Shown here piece by piece: positions 49,552 to 59,218 of a DNA stretch of 64,000 nt; positions within the stretch are counted from its first letter, which is position 1; every line of letters starts with the position of its first letter. The translations under genes were made by a program, and so were the position numbers. The notes beneath the pieces were generated by a model. That model was not told the DNA's origin and did no database searches. It worked only from the letters and a program-made list of their open reading frames with translations. Origin of the DNA: an uncultured virus (IMG/VR IMGVR_UViG_3300035670_000148) (taxonomy: Duplodnaviria > Heunggongvirae > Uroviricota > Caudoviricetes); IMG/VR virus record IMGVR_UViG_3300035670_000148, one strand, 5' to 3'.

Positions 49552-52500
49552 ATGGCAGATAACTTTCAAGATGGCGTAAGCAGAGTCTTATCGCTCTTAA
49601 ATCGTCAACTCACCCAAGTTGTTTGGCAGGCGGGCAAGCCACCTCTTGATAGTGAGCTGAACCTAGTGGGTCAGATTTCATTTGAAAACTTGGCGGATAA
49701 CTTAAGAAGTCTTGCACATAGCGGGTTCTTACTTGACCCCCTTAGAGCGACGGAAGATTTTATTCTATATCCTAACGGAGTTAATTACCTTGAACTAGGT
49801 AGAGAACCGAGTGCTTCTGAAGAGACTGCTCAACCCTTAGTGGCTCTTGTGAATGGCTGGGTTATCCCCATACTCGGTTTTGAGACTTCTACGGGGAAGT
49901 CTAATGCCATCTCTATATCTACACCACCCTCATCAGGTTCAGCCACTAGCTTTGTATTTCTAGAAGTTTGGAAGGCTGTGTTAGACGCAGACTCTGATGT
50001 CAATCGCCCTTCTGACTCCACTATTTATCCTTTTGGAAATACAGGCTTTACAGCCTTCTCTTATCCCGATGAGATGATAGACCCCTCTTTAGGATTCTCT
50101 ACCACAAAGAGAGTACAGATTCAGTTTCGGATTAGAACACAGACTTTAGGTGTGGATTTAGTCTCATATCCTCGTGGGTTAGGTAGTTCAGAAATATATG
50201 CTCAAGGGACTCAATCTAGTCCGATTGAAGGATATAGTTTTGAACCACATACCACAGACGCAGGTTTGTTTATTGCGGGTAACGGAGACTCAACCTCACA
50301 AGAAGACCTCGGCACGACTGATGGATATGTCTATGCGATTCCAATCTGTGGTGTATTTAGAAGGAACTCTGGAGAGTTCCAAGCCGTATCTATTGGAGGA
50401 ACACCCAATCACAATGGAGCCTCTCGTAGAACTACTCTGATTGAGTCCGGCTTACTAACAGAAATATCTTTAGCTGAAGATATTTCTGCTCTTAATACAG
50501 GAGTTGTCGCAGTATCTAATCTTATTGGTTCAGGGATAGACGATACGACTCTTATTTCTGATGGTGAAAGGTTTTTAGTCTTAGGTGAAGGAGTTGGACG
50601 AGAGGTTATTTCTATTTCTGAGGTAGATACAGCAAATGACACAATCACAATTCTCTCTAGAGGTCGAGCTGGCACTCAAGCTAAACCCCATGCAATGGGA
50701 GTGGTTATTTCTGCTTATAACACAAGACCCGATAATTATTTCTCTGATGGTGTGTATGCTGACGACATATTAGACCTAAGGCATGGGGTTTCATTTGGGG
50801 ATTGGGATTATCAAAGACTGCTTGAGGGTTCTGTCTCTAGTTTACTCAGAAATAATTTAAGGACAGCTTTTAAGCAAGCGGGTGTGGGAAGCAACAGCAT
50901 AGGTGTCTCGGTCAAAGAGGTCAGCTCTTTGTCCAACGAGACATATACCTATACAAATCAAGTGGATGCACCAAACGGGATTCGTCAGATATGGTCTGAC
51001 GCTGCGGTGATGCAGTCAAATGTAGAGTTTCTAGTGGACTTTGGAGTGACCTTAGATGATTCGGGCTTCGCGACAGAAATAGATGCGGGCTTAACGGACA
51101 CATGGACCACGAGCGCCAAGTTTGCCCCTCGTGGTTTTTTCCAAACCACAGAACGCATTAAGAATGGAACGACTATCTTCTTTAGCGTAGGGGGGGCGGA
51201 TGGCTTATCGGGAGCGCGCGCAGGGATTCAATCCACAAATAAACAAATCGTGAGGTTCGTAGCTCCTTTTGAGAAGCCTTCCTTGTCTCCCGTTAAAGTC
51301 AGATACATGGGACACAATCGAGCAAACTTAATAGGGTCGTCTAACTCGGAGGTTTATTTAACTCCGACAGAAATCTCAAACTTTGAAGAACCCTATTTAG
51401 TCTTGGGTGGTGCAAAAGATACTTTTGCGGGAAGAACTGCGAGCCTCGTCAGCACAGGTTCTCTTCGTAATCTAAAAGCGGTTGACCCTATTTCTTTGAG
51501 TGAGACTCAGATTTGGGCGGTCAATATAGGCGAGAACTCTGAGACCCTCTTCAACACACAGGTTTTAGATGACGGGACAACCATACAAGACCTTGTCACA
51601 GACTATGGGAAGAACATCTATGGGACAACTTCTCAGATATATTTGATTTCATTCGGAGACACGACAGACCCTAACAACAATGGAGCGTTTCGTGTTGTTG
51701 GGAATGATCTCAGTCTATATCACGATGTGCTTGAGTATAAAGGTCTTGTCCTTCAAGGAGTGGCTGGAGATAAGACAGATGGAGATGAATGGACAGGGGA
51801 GACTACGCCTTCAAATTGGCTTTATCTGACTCGTGTAGGGTCTACCTCTGATGTGTTCACGACTACGAGTAAGACACTTACTTTTGAAATCAGAACACAG
51901 AAGATAGATAGTCGAGATGAGTCTTGTGCGATTGTTTTCACAGCAGTCAAAGACTCAGATGGTGTTGACCTTCCTGCCGAAAGCACTCGCACAAGTGGAA
52001 ATCTACTTATTTCCACTACACTCTTATATCCTCCGGGTAGAGGGGCAACTGCAAGGACTCTAGATAGAATTGAGCAAGTAGTCATTCACGAAGCCTCAAA
52101 TGAGTATCTGAGAAATAATCCAGCATCTCTTGATCCTAGCGGAGTAGCCTCAATACCCTTACAGACGGGAGAGACATATTTACCTACCCGCCATCATATT
52201 TCTACATCAAGTAGTCTCCAAAAGGCGGGTCAGTATGTGAAGAACTCTGAACAACAGGGTTCTTTAGACACAGAGTGCTTTATAGATGTTGGCTCAAAGA
52301 GCTTATATCTTAAGCCTTTGCGTACTCATGGTATGAAGTTATTTGAACATGACTTAGGGGAGAACCCTTTAGGGGATTCTCTATATGCAGACGGCTCAAC
52401 TCCATTACTAGATGGTTCTTTTAAGACCACAGGTTCTGTCTATGAAGTTCCTTTTGAGGCGCTCCCTAACTTTGGAAGGAACGATATTCCTTTCCACAAA

Positions 52501-54732
52501 AAGATAAGCAGTACAGACCCTTACATGGAGGGGTTCAATCAAGTATTCTTATCTCAGAGAAACACATCTAATGGCGTGTTTAAGTTCATAGGTGGTGAAT
52601 CAGATGGTGCGACAGGAGGAGTGTCTCCTTATTTATTCGTGACCGGTGTAGGGAGTGCGTATGGTGGGAAGCAGACATCTGCCTTAGTCGCTAATCAGTC
52701 TTGTATTACAGCTCAGAAAGTTGTTTTAACGAATCCGACCCCTGAGTTTGGAGATACTCATAACGGGATAAAGCTACCGCCCTATTATGGGATAGCTCGT
52801 TTATATGGTGTCTATGAGCTTGCGGAGTTCAATCTTAAAGCTCCTTCTGCGGGTAGAGGCGCGCACCAAAGTGACCGAGAAACTCTCATCACAAATGGTC
52901 CGACTAACCTACTTCGTAAAGACGCTTCTCTCTATCCAATACATATTCTTAAAGATGGAGGGAGTTCCGCGACAGGTTTGCTAGGTAGTCACACTTATGT
53001 GGTGATGGAACACGCGATAGACATCACTAAGGCTTCTAACTATACAGCGGGAGACTCCTTCACTACTTTTGATTATGTGATTGAGTGTGAAGTGTTTGTG
53101 TTTGCGCGCGGCTTTATCAGCCACAACAACTTTATCCTTCCTCGTGTATATGGCGGAGATGGTGCTCTCGTAGGGACTTCAGATTACGAAAATATCCGCA
53201 TGGCAATTGCGTCAGCTGTCCCTGCGACAGATAGCGTATATGTCACAGGAGCGCGCACAGTTTATCAAGGAGACCCTTACCACACCATAGGTGGTTCTAG
53301 TCACTCTGTTGCAGACTCCCCTTCTCGATATGGGCTTGTCACATCAAGTGACGCTTATAAGTTGGCGACTCCTAGAGGGCAACTTCTAGAAGACGGCACA
53401 TCAGCCATCGAACTCGCCAATCCGAGGTCTGTTGAGGTCGTGGCTTCTCTTGATTTCTTCACAACACTAGGTTCGGGCTCTATTGGTGGTCCTGTAATTG
53501 AGAATAGCCTTAGTGATGTGGGCTTCGTGAGATATGCAAGACAAGGAGTCTCTGCCGAACTTGCACGCATACCCGCCTCTGCTGTAGAGCCTCTACCACA
53601 GACACAGGTGAACTTATTTACAGCTCCCTTAGATAATCAGTCTGACTATTCGTATGCGACTTTAAAACTATACTCTTACACAGAGAATGTAGTCATCACA
53701 TATGAGGACTCGTTTGGGAGTATAAACTATCCGACCATCACAGATACTCCCGCTTCATTAAGTGAATTGGCTTCTCTCATAGAGGCTTATTTTGCGGATA
53801 ATGGATTATTAACGACATCTATTTTAGGAGATGGGTATCTCTTAGTCTTATTTCAGAGTCGAAATAGAGGGGATAATAGTGCTACGCTATCGGTTCTTGC
53901 GGACACTCAATACAGAACGCGCGTTCTGACAAGACTTTATTCGGGGAAGTTCACTTATGATATGACGGCGACGACCCCGAATAAAGTCTCTTTTGAGGTG
54001 GGTCGAATAACCCCTGTCAATGGAGCTTCTGAGGAACACCAAGTAGATATTTCGCTAGTGGGAATGACGAGTCGTCTTCCCTTAGGTATCCTCGTGAGTG
54101 ATTTTGATTTCATGGGAGAAGACCCGTTGAGAGATGAATCCGGTGCGTTCCAAACATTAGGGGCGAACTCAACATCTTATCCTTCCTCTTTGTCTGTAAA
54201 TGAACTAGGTGAGCAATACACGAAGGTGAGTGGTTCGGCTGGAGAGATTCTCCAAATGGGAGATGGAGCGTTATTGACTTATGGAGCTTATCCTCTGAGT
54301 GGAGGTACTCAGAAATATAGAATCACGAGAGGTGGAGGTAGTCTTTTTGGGGCGTTTGGCAGAGCGCCCGGTGCTCCTTTGACCTTCTTAAATAAATCAA
54401 TCCCCGCGCAGTTATCGCCTGTTTTGAAGGGTTCTGTTTTGGCGTGTAGGGCGATGTTAGTGAAAAACTTTAAGGAGGAATCTTTCACAGGTGCTAATTT
54501 AACTCTTAACTCTGAGGGTTCAGAACTACAGCTTGTGGTTGTGACTTCAGCTGTTTATCAAAACTCGTCTCAAGAGGGCAGGTTCTCACCTATTGTTTTG
54601 AAGGGAGAAATCTCTCCTAGTGGTTTTGGTGAAGGATTTGTCGCTTCGGATAGATATAAGATTTCGGGGGCTCCGCTCGTGAAAGAAATCACTAAGAAGC
54701 CTGAGCTTCAAACCCCCGCAAAGAAGGTATAA
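49552..54732 (+). CDS. Large tail/baseplate-associated structural protein, paralog of 39603..42782
   Basis: 'VVWQAGKPPLDSELNLVGQ', 'FVFLEVW', 'TTKRVQIQFRIR', 'DGYVYAIPICGVFRRN', 'RPDNYFSD..DILDLR'. Confidence 0.65.
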   Translation: MADNFQDGVSRVLSLLNRQLTQVVWQAGKPPLDSELNLVGQISFENLADNLRSLAHSGFLLDPLRATEDFILYPNGVNYLELGREPSASEETAQPLVALVNGWVIPILGFETSTGKSNAISISTPPSSGSATSFVFLEVWKAVLDADSDVNRPSDSTIYPFGNTGFTAFSYPDEMIDPSLGFSTTKRVQIQFRIRTQTLGVDLVSYPRGLGSSEIYAQGTQSSPIEGYSFEPHTTDAGLFIAGNGDSTSQEDLGTTDGYVYAIPICGVFRRNSGEFQAVSIGGTPNHNGASRRTTLIESGLLTEISLAEDISALNTGVVAVSNLIGSGIDDTTLISDGERFLVLGEGVGREVISISEVDTANDTITILSRGRAGTQAKPHAMGVVISAYNTRPDNYFSDGVYADDILDLRHGVSFGDWDYQRLLEGSVSSLLRNNLRTAFKQAGVGSNSIGVSVKEVSSLSNETYTYTNQVDAPNGIRQIWSDAAVMQSNVEFLVDFGVTLDDSGFATEIDAGLTDTWTTSAKFAPRGFFQTTERIKNGTTIFFSVGGADGLSGARAGIQSTNKQIVRFVAPFEKPSLSPVKVRYMGHNRANLIGSSNSEVYLTPTEISNFEEPYLVLGGAKDTFAGRTASLVSTGSLRNLKAVDPISLSETQIWAVNIGENSETLFNTQVLDDGTTIQDLVTDYGKNIYGTTSQIYLISFGDTTDPNNNGAFRVVGNDLSLYHDVLEYKGLVLQGVAGDKTDGDEWTGETTPSNWLYLTRVGSTSDVFTTTSKTLTFEIRTQKIDSRDESCAIVFTAVKDSDGVDLPAESTRTSGNLLISTTLLYPPGRGATARTLDRIEQVVIHEASNEYLRNNPASLDPSGVASIPLQTGETYLPTRHHISTSSSLQKAGQYVKNSEQQGSLDTECFIDVGSKSLYLKPLRTHGMKLFEHDLGENPLGDSLYADGSTPLLDGSFKTTGSVYEVPFEALPNFGRNDIPFHKKISSTDPYMEGFNQVFLSQRNTSNGVFKFIGGESDGATGGVSPYLFVTGVGSAYGGKQTSALVANQSCITAQKVVLTNPTPEFGDTHNGIKLPPYYGIARLYGVYELAEFNLKAPSAGRGAHQSDRETLITNGPTNLLRKDASLYPIHILKDGGSSATGLLGSHTYVVMEHAIDITKASNYTAGDSFTTFDYVIECEVFVFARGFISHNNFILPRVYGGDGALVGTSDYENIRMAIASAVPATDSVYVTGARTVYQGDPYHTIGGSSHSVADSPSRYGLVTSSDAYKLATPRGQLLEDGTSAIELANPRSVEVVASLDFFTTLGSGSIGGPVIENSLSDVGFVRYARQGVSAELARIPASAVEPLPQTQVNLFTAPLDNQSDYSYATLKLYSYTENVVITYEDSFGSINYPTITDTPASLSELASLIEAYFADNGLLTTSILGDGYLLVLFQSRNRGDNSATLSVLADTQYRTRVLTRLYSGKFTYDMTATTPNKVSFEVGRITPVNGASEEHQVDISLVGMTSRLPLGILVSDFDFMGEDPLRDESGAFQTLGANSTSYPSSLSVNELGEQYTKVSGSAGEILQMGDGALLTYGAYPLSGGTQKYRITRGGGSLFGAFGRAPGAPLTFLNKSIPAQLSPVLKGSVLACRAMLVKNFKEESFTGANLTLNSEGSELQLVVVTSAVYQNSSQEGRFSPIVLKGEISPSGFGEGFVASDRYKISGAPLVKEITKKPELQTPAKKV

Positions 54733-54763
54733 TAGCGCACCCTCTTTACTCTAAAGGTGTGCT

Positions 54764-55021
54764 ATGTACTATTACTTTGAAAATGATGACTTATTTCTCA
54801 TAGGCGAAAATGCTTCATATCTAGCCGACAGCTTAAGCACTTTGGTTTATTCGCACCTAGAAATAATGCCTTTTCGTACCGATATTGACTCAGAGAGCGT
54901 TGTTTTCAAGAGAGTGACTTTTATGCAGTCTATTTGGTTCTTAAATTGGCTAGATATGTATCAAGTAGAAAAGCACCCTAAGTACAAAAGTCTTAATACC
55001 TCATGTCAAATCCGAGTTTAG
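54764..55021 (+). CDS. Hypothetical protein
   Basis: 85-aa ORF, SD AAGGTG. Confidence 0.5.
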   Translation: MYYYFENDDLFLIGENASYLADSLSTLVYSHLEIMPFRTDIDSESVVFKRVTFMQSIWFLNWLDMYQVEKHPKYKSLNTSCQIRV

Positions 55022-55550
55022 GTTCTATACTAGAGGGTATTTTACATACATTTCCGATCACGACAGTCTCATCACCACCTGTAGCTAGTAAGAGTCTGTC
55101 ATCGGGGTCGTTGCAGAGTAGCCCATTTTCGCTGATTTTGAGCTTTTCATTTAAGCGATACACTATGGGAGGTCCTTGTCTTACTCCGCCCGCATCTAGA
55201 GAAATCGTTTCAAATTCTGAGAATAAAAAACGACCCCCGCCCGAAATTAAGGTTAAGACAGCAGAACCATTTGCATTTGCAAGAAAACCTGCATTCTGAT
55301 AGGATGTGTAGTTCCTATAGTTAGAAATCTGAGGGTCTGTGTAGTCTTCACTTCCATAAAGCAAGAAGCCTGCTACATCAACCCCATCGGACCTTTCTAC
55401 GGTATATTCATCTGTAGCGGTTTCATCCTCAACATATTTAACAAAAATACCCGCTTTCCATTTTGACCTTCGCAAAATGGGTCCAACGGTTATTCTATAT
55501 TTATCTCCATTTCTTATGACGGTTATGTCCTCGTTAACGACGTTGATCAT
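54993..55550 (-). CDS. Hypothetical beta-rich protein, possibly capsid decoration/cement-like
   Basis: SD GAGGAGG; 'VAGFLL...YRLNEKLKISENGLLCN...VIGNVCKIP' loosely recalls cement-type proteins; co-transcribed behind a late-type motif. Function tentative. Confidence 0.4.
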   Translation of the reverse strand: MINVVNEDITVIRNGDKYRITVGPILRRSKWKAGIFVKYVEDETATDEYTVERSDGVDVAGFLLYGSEDYTDPQISNYRNYTSYQNAGFLANANGSAVLTLISGGGRFLFSEFETISLDAGGVRQGPPIVYRLNEKLKISENGLLCNDPDDRLLLATGGDETVVIGNVCKIPSSIEPKLGFDMRY

Positions 55551-55989
55551 AACCCATCCTCCTCATAACTTTTTTTACTACTTCACGTTTTATATCTTTG
55601 GTAGTCTTTTCAGACTCAGGGATGATTTCCTCAGACTTCGGAGCTTGCTTGAAGCCTTTTGGAACTCGCTTAATATCCTCCTCAGTATCTACAACGAACT
55701 GATTAAGAGTAGATAACTGCTTACCCCCCGGCTTTTTTCTTATTTCGTCTGGAGGAGGGGGTGCGAGAAGTGCATCTTTTTTTGAATCTCTGATACACTT
55801 TGCAGACTCATCTTGTTCTTCGAGAGCGGTCTCTGTTATATCTACATCGTTTGAAACAGCACCCGACTCCGCAAACTCTCGTACAGATTTCTTTGTCGGA
55901 TTGTCAAAGAACTTATTTTCCGCAGACGGCGCGACTTGATTTATATTTGCTCGCAAGTTGCGATATTGAGTGGGTTTATAGCCGTACAT
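55534..55989 (-). CDS. Hypothetical charged protein
   Basis: SD AAGGAG; late-type motif ATAGTTCATCTAT upstream. Confidence 0.6.
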   Translation of the reverse strand: MYGYKPTQYRNLRANINQVAPSAENKFFDNPTKKSVREFAESGAVSNDVDITETALEEQDESAKCIRDSKKDALLAPPPPDEIRKKPGGKQLSTLNQFVVDTEEDIKRVPKGFKQAPKSEEIIPESEKTTKDIKREVVKKVMRRMGYDQRR

Positions 55990-56050
55990 CTAAACTCCTT
56001 TGTCTCCAACCAAGAGAATATAGATGAACTATACTATCTAAACCTCAACT

Positions 56051-56368
56051 TCAGTTAGCCTTTTTTCTCTGCTTATACGCATATCTATTTGCGCGCTTTC
56101 GACAAACCTCGGAGCAATGATTTTGTTTATTCGCAGCTACAGGATTATTGCAGTTTCTCTCCGCACATATCCTAACCTCTATTGAGGGGGGGTTCTCAAT
56201 CTGTATTATCCGAGGGATAGGCTTTTCTGACCTTCCGGGGCAACCATACATATAACATTTATCTAAGGAAGCTCTCTGCTTAACAGAGAAACCCATCATG
56301 AACTTATTACAAGTCCAATAGTCTTCTCCATTCTCGTCTACAGACCATTGGACTCTACACTTTGACAT
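56051..56368 (-). CDS. Small Cys-rich zinc-finger protein
   Basis: 'CAERNCNNPV....HCSEVCRKRANR' resembles CGNR-type Zn fingers; start ATG 56368 behind GAGGAG. Confidence 0.6.
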   Translation of the reverse strand: MSKCRVQWSVDENGEDYWTCNKFMMGFSVKQRASLDKCYMYGCPGRSEKPIPRIIQIENPPSIEVRICAERNCNNPVAANKQNHCSEVCRKRANRYAYKQRKKAN

Positions 56369-57362
56369 GGTCTTGAGTCTCCTCAACTGCCTCCGAAACA
56401 TCTACAGGAGTTTCCTCTATAGAAGTCTCCTCAGATTTCTCTACTTCTGCGGGAGCCTCAGACTCCTCTACAGGAGCTTCCTCACTCTTAATTACCTTAA
56501 GAACATCATTCATAATCATGGGGGGGACATGAATGTCGAGAACATCTTCCATTGATAAATAGATATTCTCACCCTCTAGGGAGATACCTTTACCCTCAAT
56601 GTACTCTGCCTTACGCAACACTAAGTACCCATTTAACTTTGAAATACTCTCGCCCGCCATGATGACACAAGCAGCCAAGAAAGGGTCTTGTCGAGCCTGT
56701 AATGCGTCTAGCTTTTCCTGATAGTTATCTCCAAAACTATCTCTCATCAGCCTATCAAATGTTGCTTTCATATCTTCAAGCGATGTAGGAGCTTCCTCAG
56801 TCTCGGCTTCCTCAGTCTCAGTTTTCTCTACAGGGGCGGACACCTCTGAAACAGGGTTCTCAACCTCGTCAACCTCGTCAACCTCATCAACCTCATCAAC
56901 CTCATCAGACTCCTCTAGGTCTTCAGAATTATCATCATCAACTAAGAAGAAAGAGAAGGCATTTATTTGAATCGTATATCCCTTAATCTCAGGGTTCCAA
57001 AGCTCTGTGAGATAGTCTTTGACAAGAGGTAGTGAGGCGCGCGGAACCCAAGTTAAAGGTTCAGATACTTGTAGGTTTCCTTTAAGAACTACGCCTCTAA
57101 CACCTACTGAGAAGCAAGTATCTGCACCCATTTTCTCTATAAAATCTCTAGTTTGTTCAAGTGCCCCATTCTTTTTAAAGAAATAATTTACGCCACTCTC
57201 TAGGTATTTCATAGAAACCTCAACCATATTGTCAAGGATAGACTTCATAGCATGGTTTCTAAGTGAGGGTGCAGTCTTCTTCTTATTTTTTAACTTTAAA
57301 GCACGAGCCGCTTTACGCTTTGCCATCTTAATTGTGTGCTTCTTATTCGCAGTCTTTTTCAT
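56355..57362 (-). CDS. Hypothetical protein, basic N-terminus and acidic repeats
   Basis: Lys-rich start, (DEV)n linker; ATG 57362 behind GGAGA. Confidence 0.6.
   Translation of the reverse strand: MKKTANKKHTIKMAKRKAARALKLKNKKKTAPSLRNHAMKSILDNMVEVSMKYLESGVNYFFKKNGALEQTRDFIEKMGADTCFSVGVRGVVLKGNLQVSEPLTWVPRASLPLVKDYLTELWNPEIKGYTIQINAFSFFLVDDDNSEDLEESDEVDEVDEVDEVDEVENPVSEVSAPVEKTETEEAETEEAPTSLEDMKATFDRLMRDSFGDNYQEKLDALQARQDPFLAACVIMAGESISKLNGYLVLRKAEYIEGKGISLEGENIYLSMEDVLDIHVPPMIMNDVLKVIKSEEAPVEESEAPAEVEKSEETSIEETPVDVSEAVEETQDHVKV
56860..56907 (-). repeat. 9-bp coding tandem repeat, 5 copies (DEV)
   Basis: TCAACCTC[G/A] x5 on the + strand. Confidence 0.9.
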
Positions 57363-57474
57363 TCTATTCTCCAAATGAGTGTGTGCCTAGACGCGAGTGT
57401 TATACCGAAATAACGCCGAGAGAAATCTTGTATAATCTGATATAGGTGTTTGCCACTTACTCAGAGGAGAATAA

Positions 57475-57684
57475 ATGAGTCCAGAGAACGAGATTTTATC
57501 TTTCCTAAGAAATAATCCTCACAGACTACATCAGCTTCACGAGGTCAACGATATAGAAGACTCCGCAGATATTGTCTTTAAGTTGGCTCATCAGGGTCAT
57601 ATAGACATTTATCTTGTTCGACTCTCAAAAGATGAACCCCAAAGCCTATATTTTACACTTCCCATAGGAGACAATGATGAGTAA
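57475..57684 (+). CDS. Hypothetical protein (possible winged helix)
   Basis: 69-aa ORF, SD GAGGAG. Confidence 0.55.
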   Translation: MSPENEILSFLRNNPHRLHQLHEVNDIEDSADIVFKLAHQGHIDIYLVRLSKDEPQSLYFTLPIGDNDE

Positions 57685-57946
57685 TGCTTTGATTTTATTG
57701 ATTTTTATTGGGGGTTCTATTGGACTTCTTACCCATCATGCTGAGAGCGAGATAGAGATTGTTATTTGCAAAGGTTCTGAAGCACCTTTTCTGTTTATAG
57801 GTGAGAAAAGAGACTACAAGTACTTACTAAATCAGGGTATTTTGACTGAGCTTACTGTGTGTCAGACAAAAAAGATGACTCACGATACTTGGTATCAGAC
57901 GCGAAGTGCGCTCAACCGCTCTTTTTTGAATACTAGGGAGAAATAA
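57674..57946 (+). CDS. Small protein with N-terminal hydrophobic anchor/signal
   Basis: 'NALILLIFIGGSIGLL'; SD AGGAG. Confidence 0.55.
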   Translation: MMSNALILLIFIGGSIGLLTHHAESEIEIVICKGSEAPFLFIGEKRDYKYLLNQGILTELTVCQTKKMTHDTWYQTRSALNRSFLNTREK

Positions 57947-59141
57947 TCTCTTCTAGTTTAGATTCAACTTCGGGTGTGTATTTACTATGCTGATTTGAGA
58001 GTTCGGCTAACTCGTCAATCTCGTCTTTCTTAGAAAGACCGAGCATATGAAGAAGACTACGAACAGGTCCAGACTTCATTACTCCATTTGCGATTTGCTT
58101 AAGAACCCACCAAACGCCTTGAAGAGGCATAAGCAAAAGAACTTTTGGAGGGATAGCTAAGAGCTTACCCCCTGCTTGATAAACTTGAGAGACTAATAAC
58201 CAAACCACGAGAACTGCACCTAAACCGATAACAATCACATTGTGAGGGATATTATCGTATATTGCTTGACATAAGAACTTAAACGCACTATAAATGTTGT
58301 CTAGTGCCCCACCTAAGACAAATGCTAGTCCTTTCCCTAAGTTCTTAAGTAAAAACCATAGAGCTTCAAGAGCGGATTCTACTGCACTTGGAACTTCTGG
58401 AAGGAGTTTCCCAATCCACCCTGTTATAACACCACCTACCCAAGCCATCGCATCGCTTCCTAAGATAGTCTTAATAAGACCCCAAGCAGCTGGTCCAATC
58501 CATTCAATAATATTTGTCCAAACCCACCCTACACCATCTAGAATCATAGTTGAAACGGCAGGTATCGCGGTCTTTTTTAGAGAAGCCGTTTTGAATTTCT
58601 TAGGGTCTGCCATCAGTATATAAACCACTTTAGGGTCTACACCTAAGAGTTGTGCGATTTTATCTGGGTCCTTTTGATTAGCCCCGATTTTCCCAACAAT
58701 CTCAGATTGTTGGGCGAAGGATAATCCGGATAAGCGATTGTCTAATAACTTATCAAAAGGATTTTTTTCGGTGTTTTTGGCTAATTTTTCTACTACTTTC
58801 ATATAATCTAAGGTGTTTTTAATCCCCATCTGTTTATGTATCAGAGAGAAACCTTTAACAGCTTCTCCAGATAAAGGGGGTAGCTTTGCCACCTCATCTT
58901 GAACAACCGCAGTCACGACTGCTTCTTTAAGTTGTTCTGAAGATGCCGTTCTTATGGTGTCTCTAGGGTAAGAGCTACGAACAATTTGTGAGGCGACTCG
59001 CACTTCGTGCGCGCTAAGATATCTCCCTCGAATCAAACTCATCCTCATTTTATCGTAGTCAAGTGGGGTTCTTGGAATCGCCACATTTAGACCTCTCTGT
59101 GAGAGGTATGCACACCTAGTCTGAATATCTGCCAAACTCAT
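57933..59141 (-). CDS. Membrane protein, divergent member of the 59205/61309 family
   Basis: Helical module (KNPFDKLLD...IAQLLGVDPK) followed by long Trp-rich amphipathic/hydrophobic helices and a clear TM 'VIVIGLGAVLVVWLLV'; RVA/RTA/KTA motifs. Confidence 0.7.
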   Translation of the reverse strand: MSLADIQTRCAYLSQRGLNVAIPRTPLDYDKMRMSLIRGRYLSAHEVRVASQIVRSSYPRDTIRTASSEQLKEAVVTAVVQDEVAKLPPLSGEAVKGFSLIHKQMGIKNTLDYMKVVEKLAKNTEKNPFDKLLDNRLSGLSFAQQSEIVGKIGANQKDPDKIAQLLGVDPKVVYILMADPKKFKTASLKKTAIPAVSTMILDGVGWVWTNIIEWIGPAAWGLIKTILGSDAMAWVGGVITGWIGKLLPEVPSAVESALEALWFLLKNLGKGLAFVLGGALDNIYSAFKFLCQAIYDNIPHNVIVIGLGAVLVVWLLVSQVYQAGGKLLAIPPKVLLLMPLQGVWWVLKQIANGVMKSGPVRSLLHMLGLSKKDEIDELAELSNQHSKYTPEVESKLEEIISP

Positions 59142-59218
59142 AACGGGCTCCTTTTTTTTCTTTAATACTTTTGTTCTCTCATTAAAGAAAAAAAGGAGCC
59201 CGTTATGAGTTTGGCAGA
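59128..59218. repeat. 38/39-bp inverted repeat with a 14-bp spacer, containing the SD and first codons of two divergent genes
   Basis: TCTGCCAAACTCATAACGGGCTCC(T8)CTTTAAT (59128-59166) / ATTAAAG(A7)GGAGCCCGTTATGAGTTTGGCAGA (59181-59218). Confidence 0.95.

Noticed and set aside
1..54732. Bacterial extracellular contractile injection system or tailocin locus
   Set aside because: Interleaved phage-type DNA polymerase and primase Zn finger, no host housekeeping genes and many orphans indicate a phage genome.
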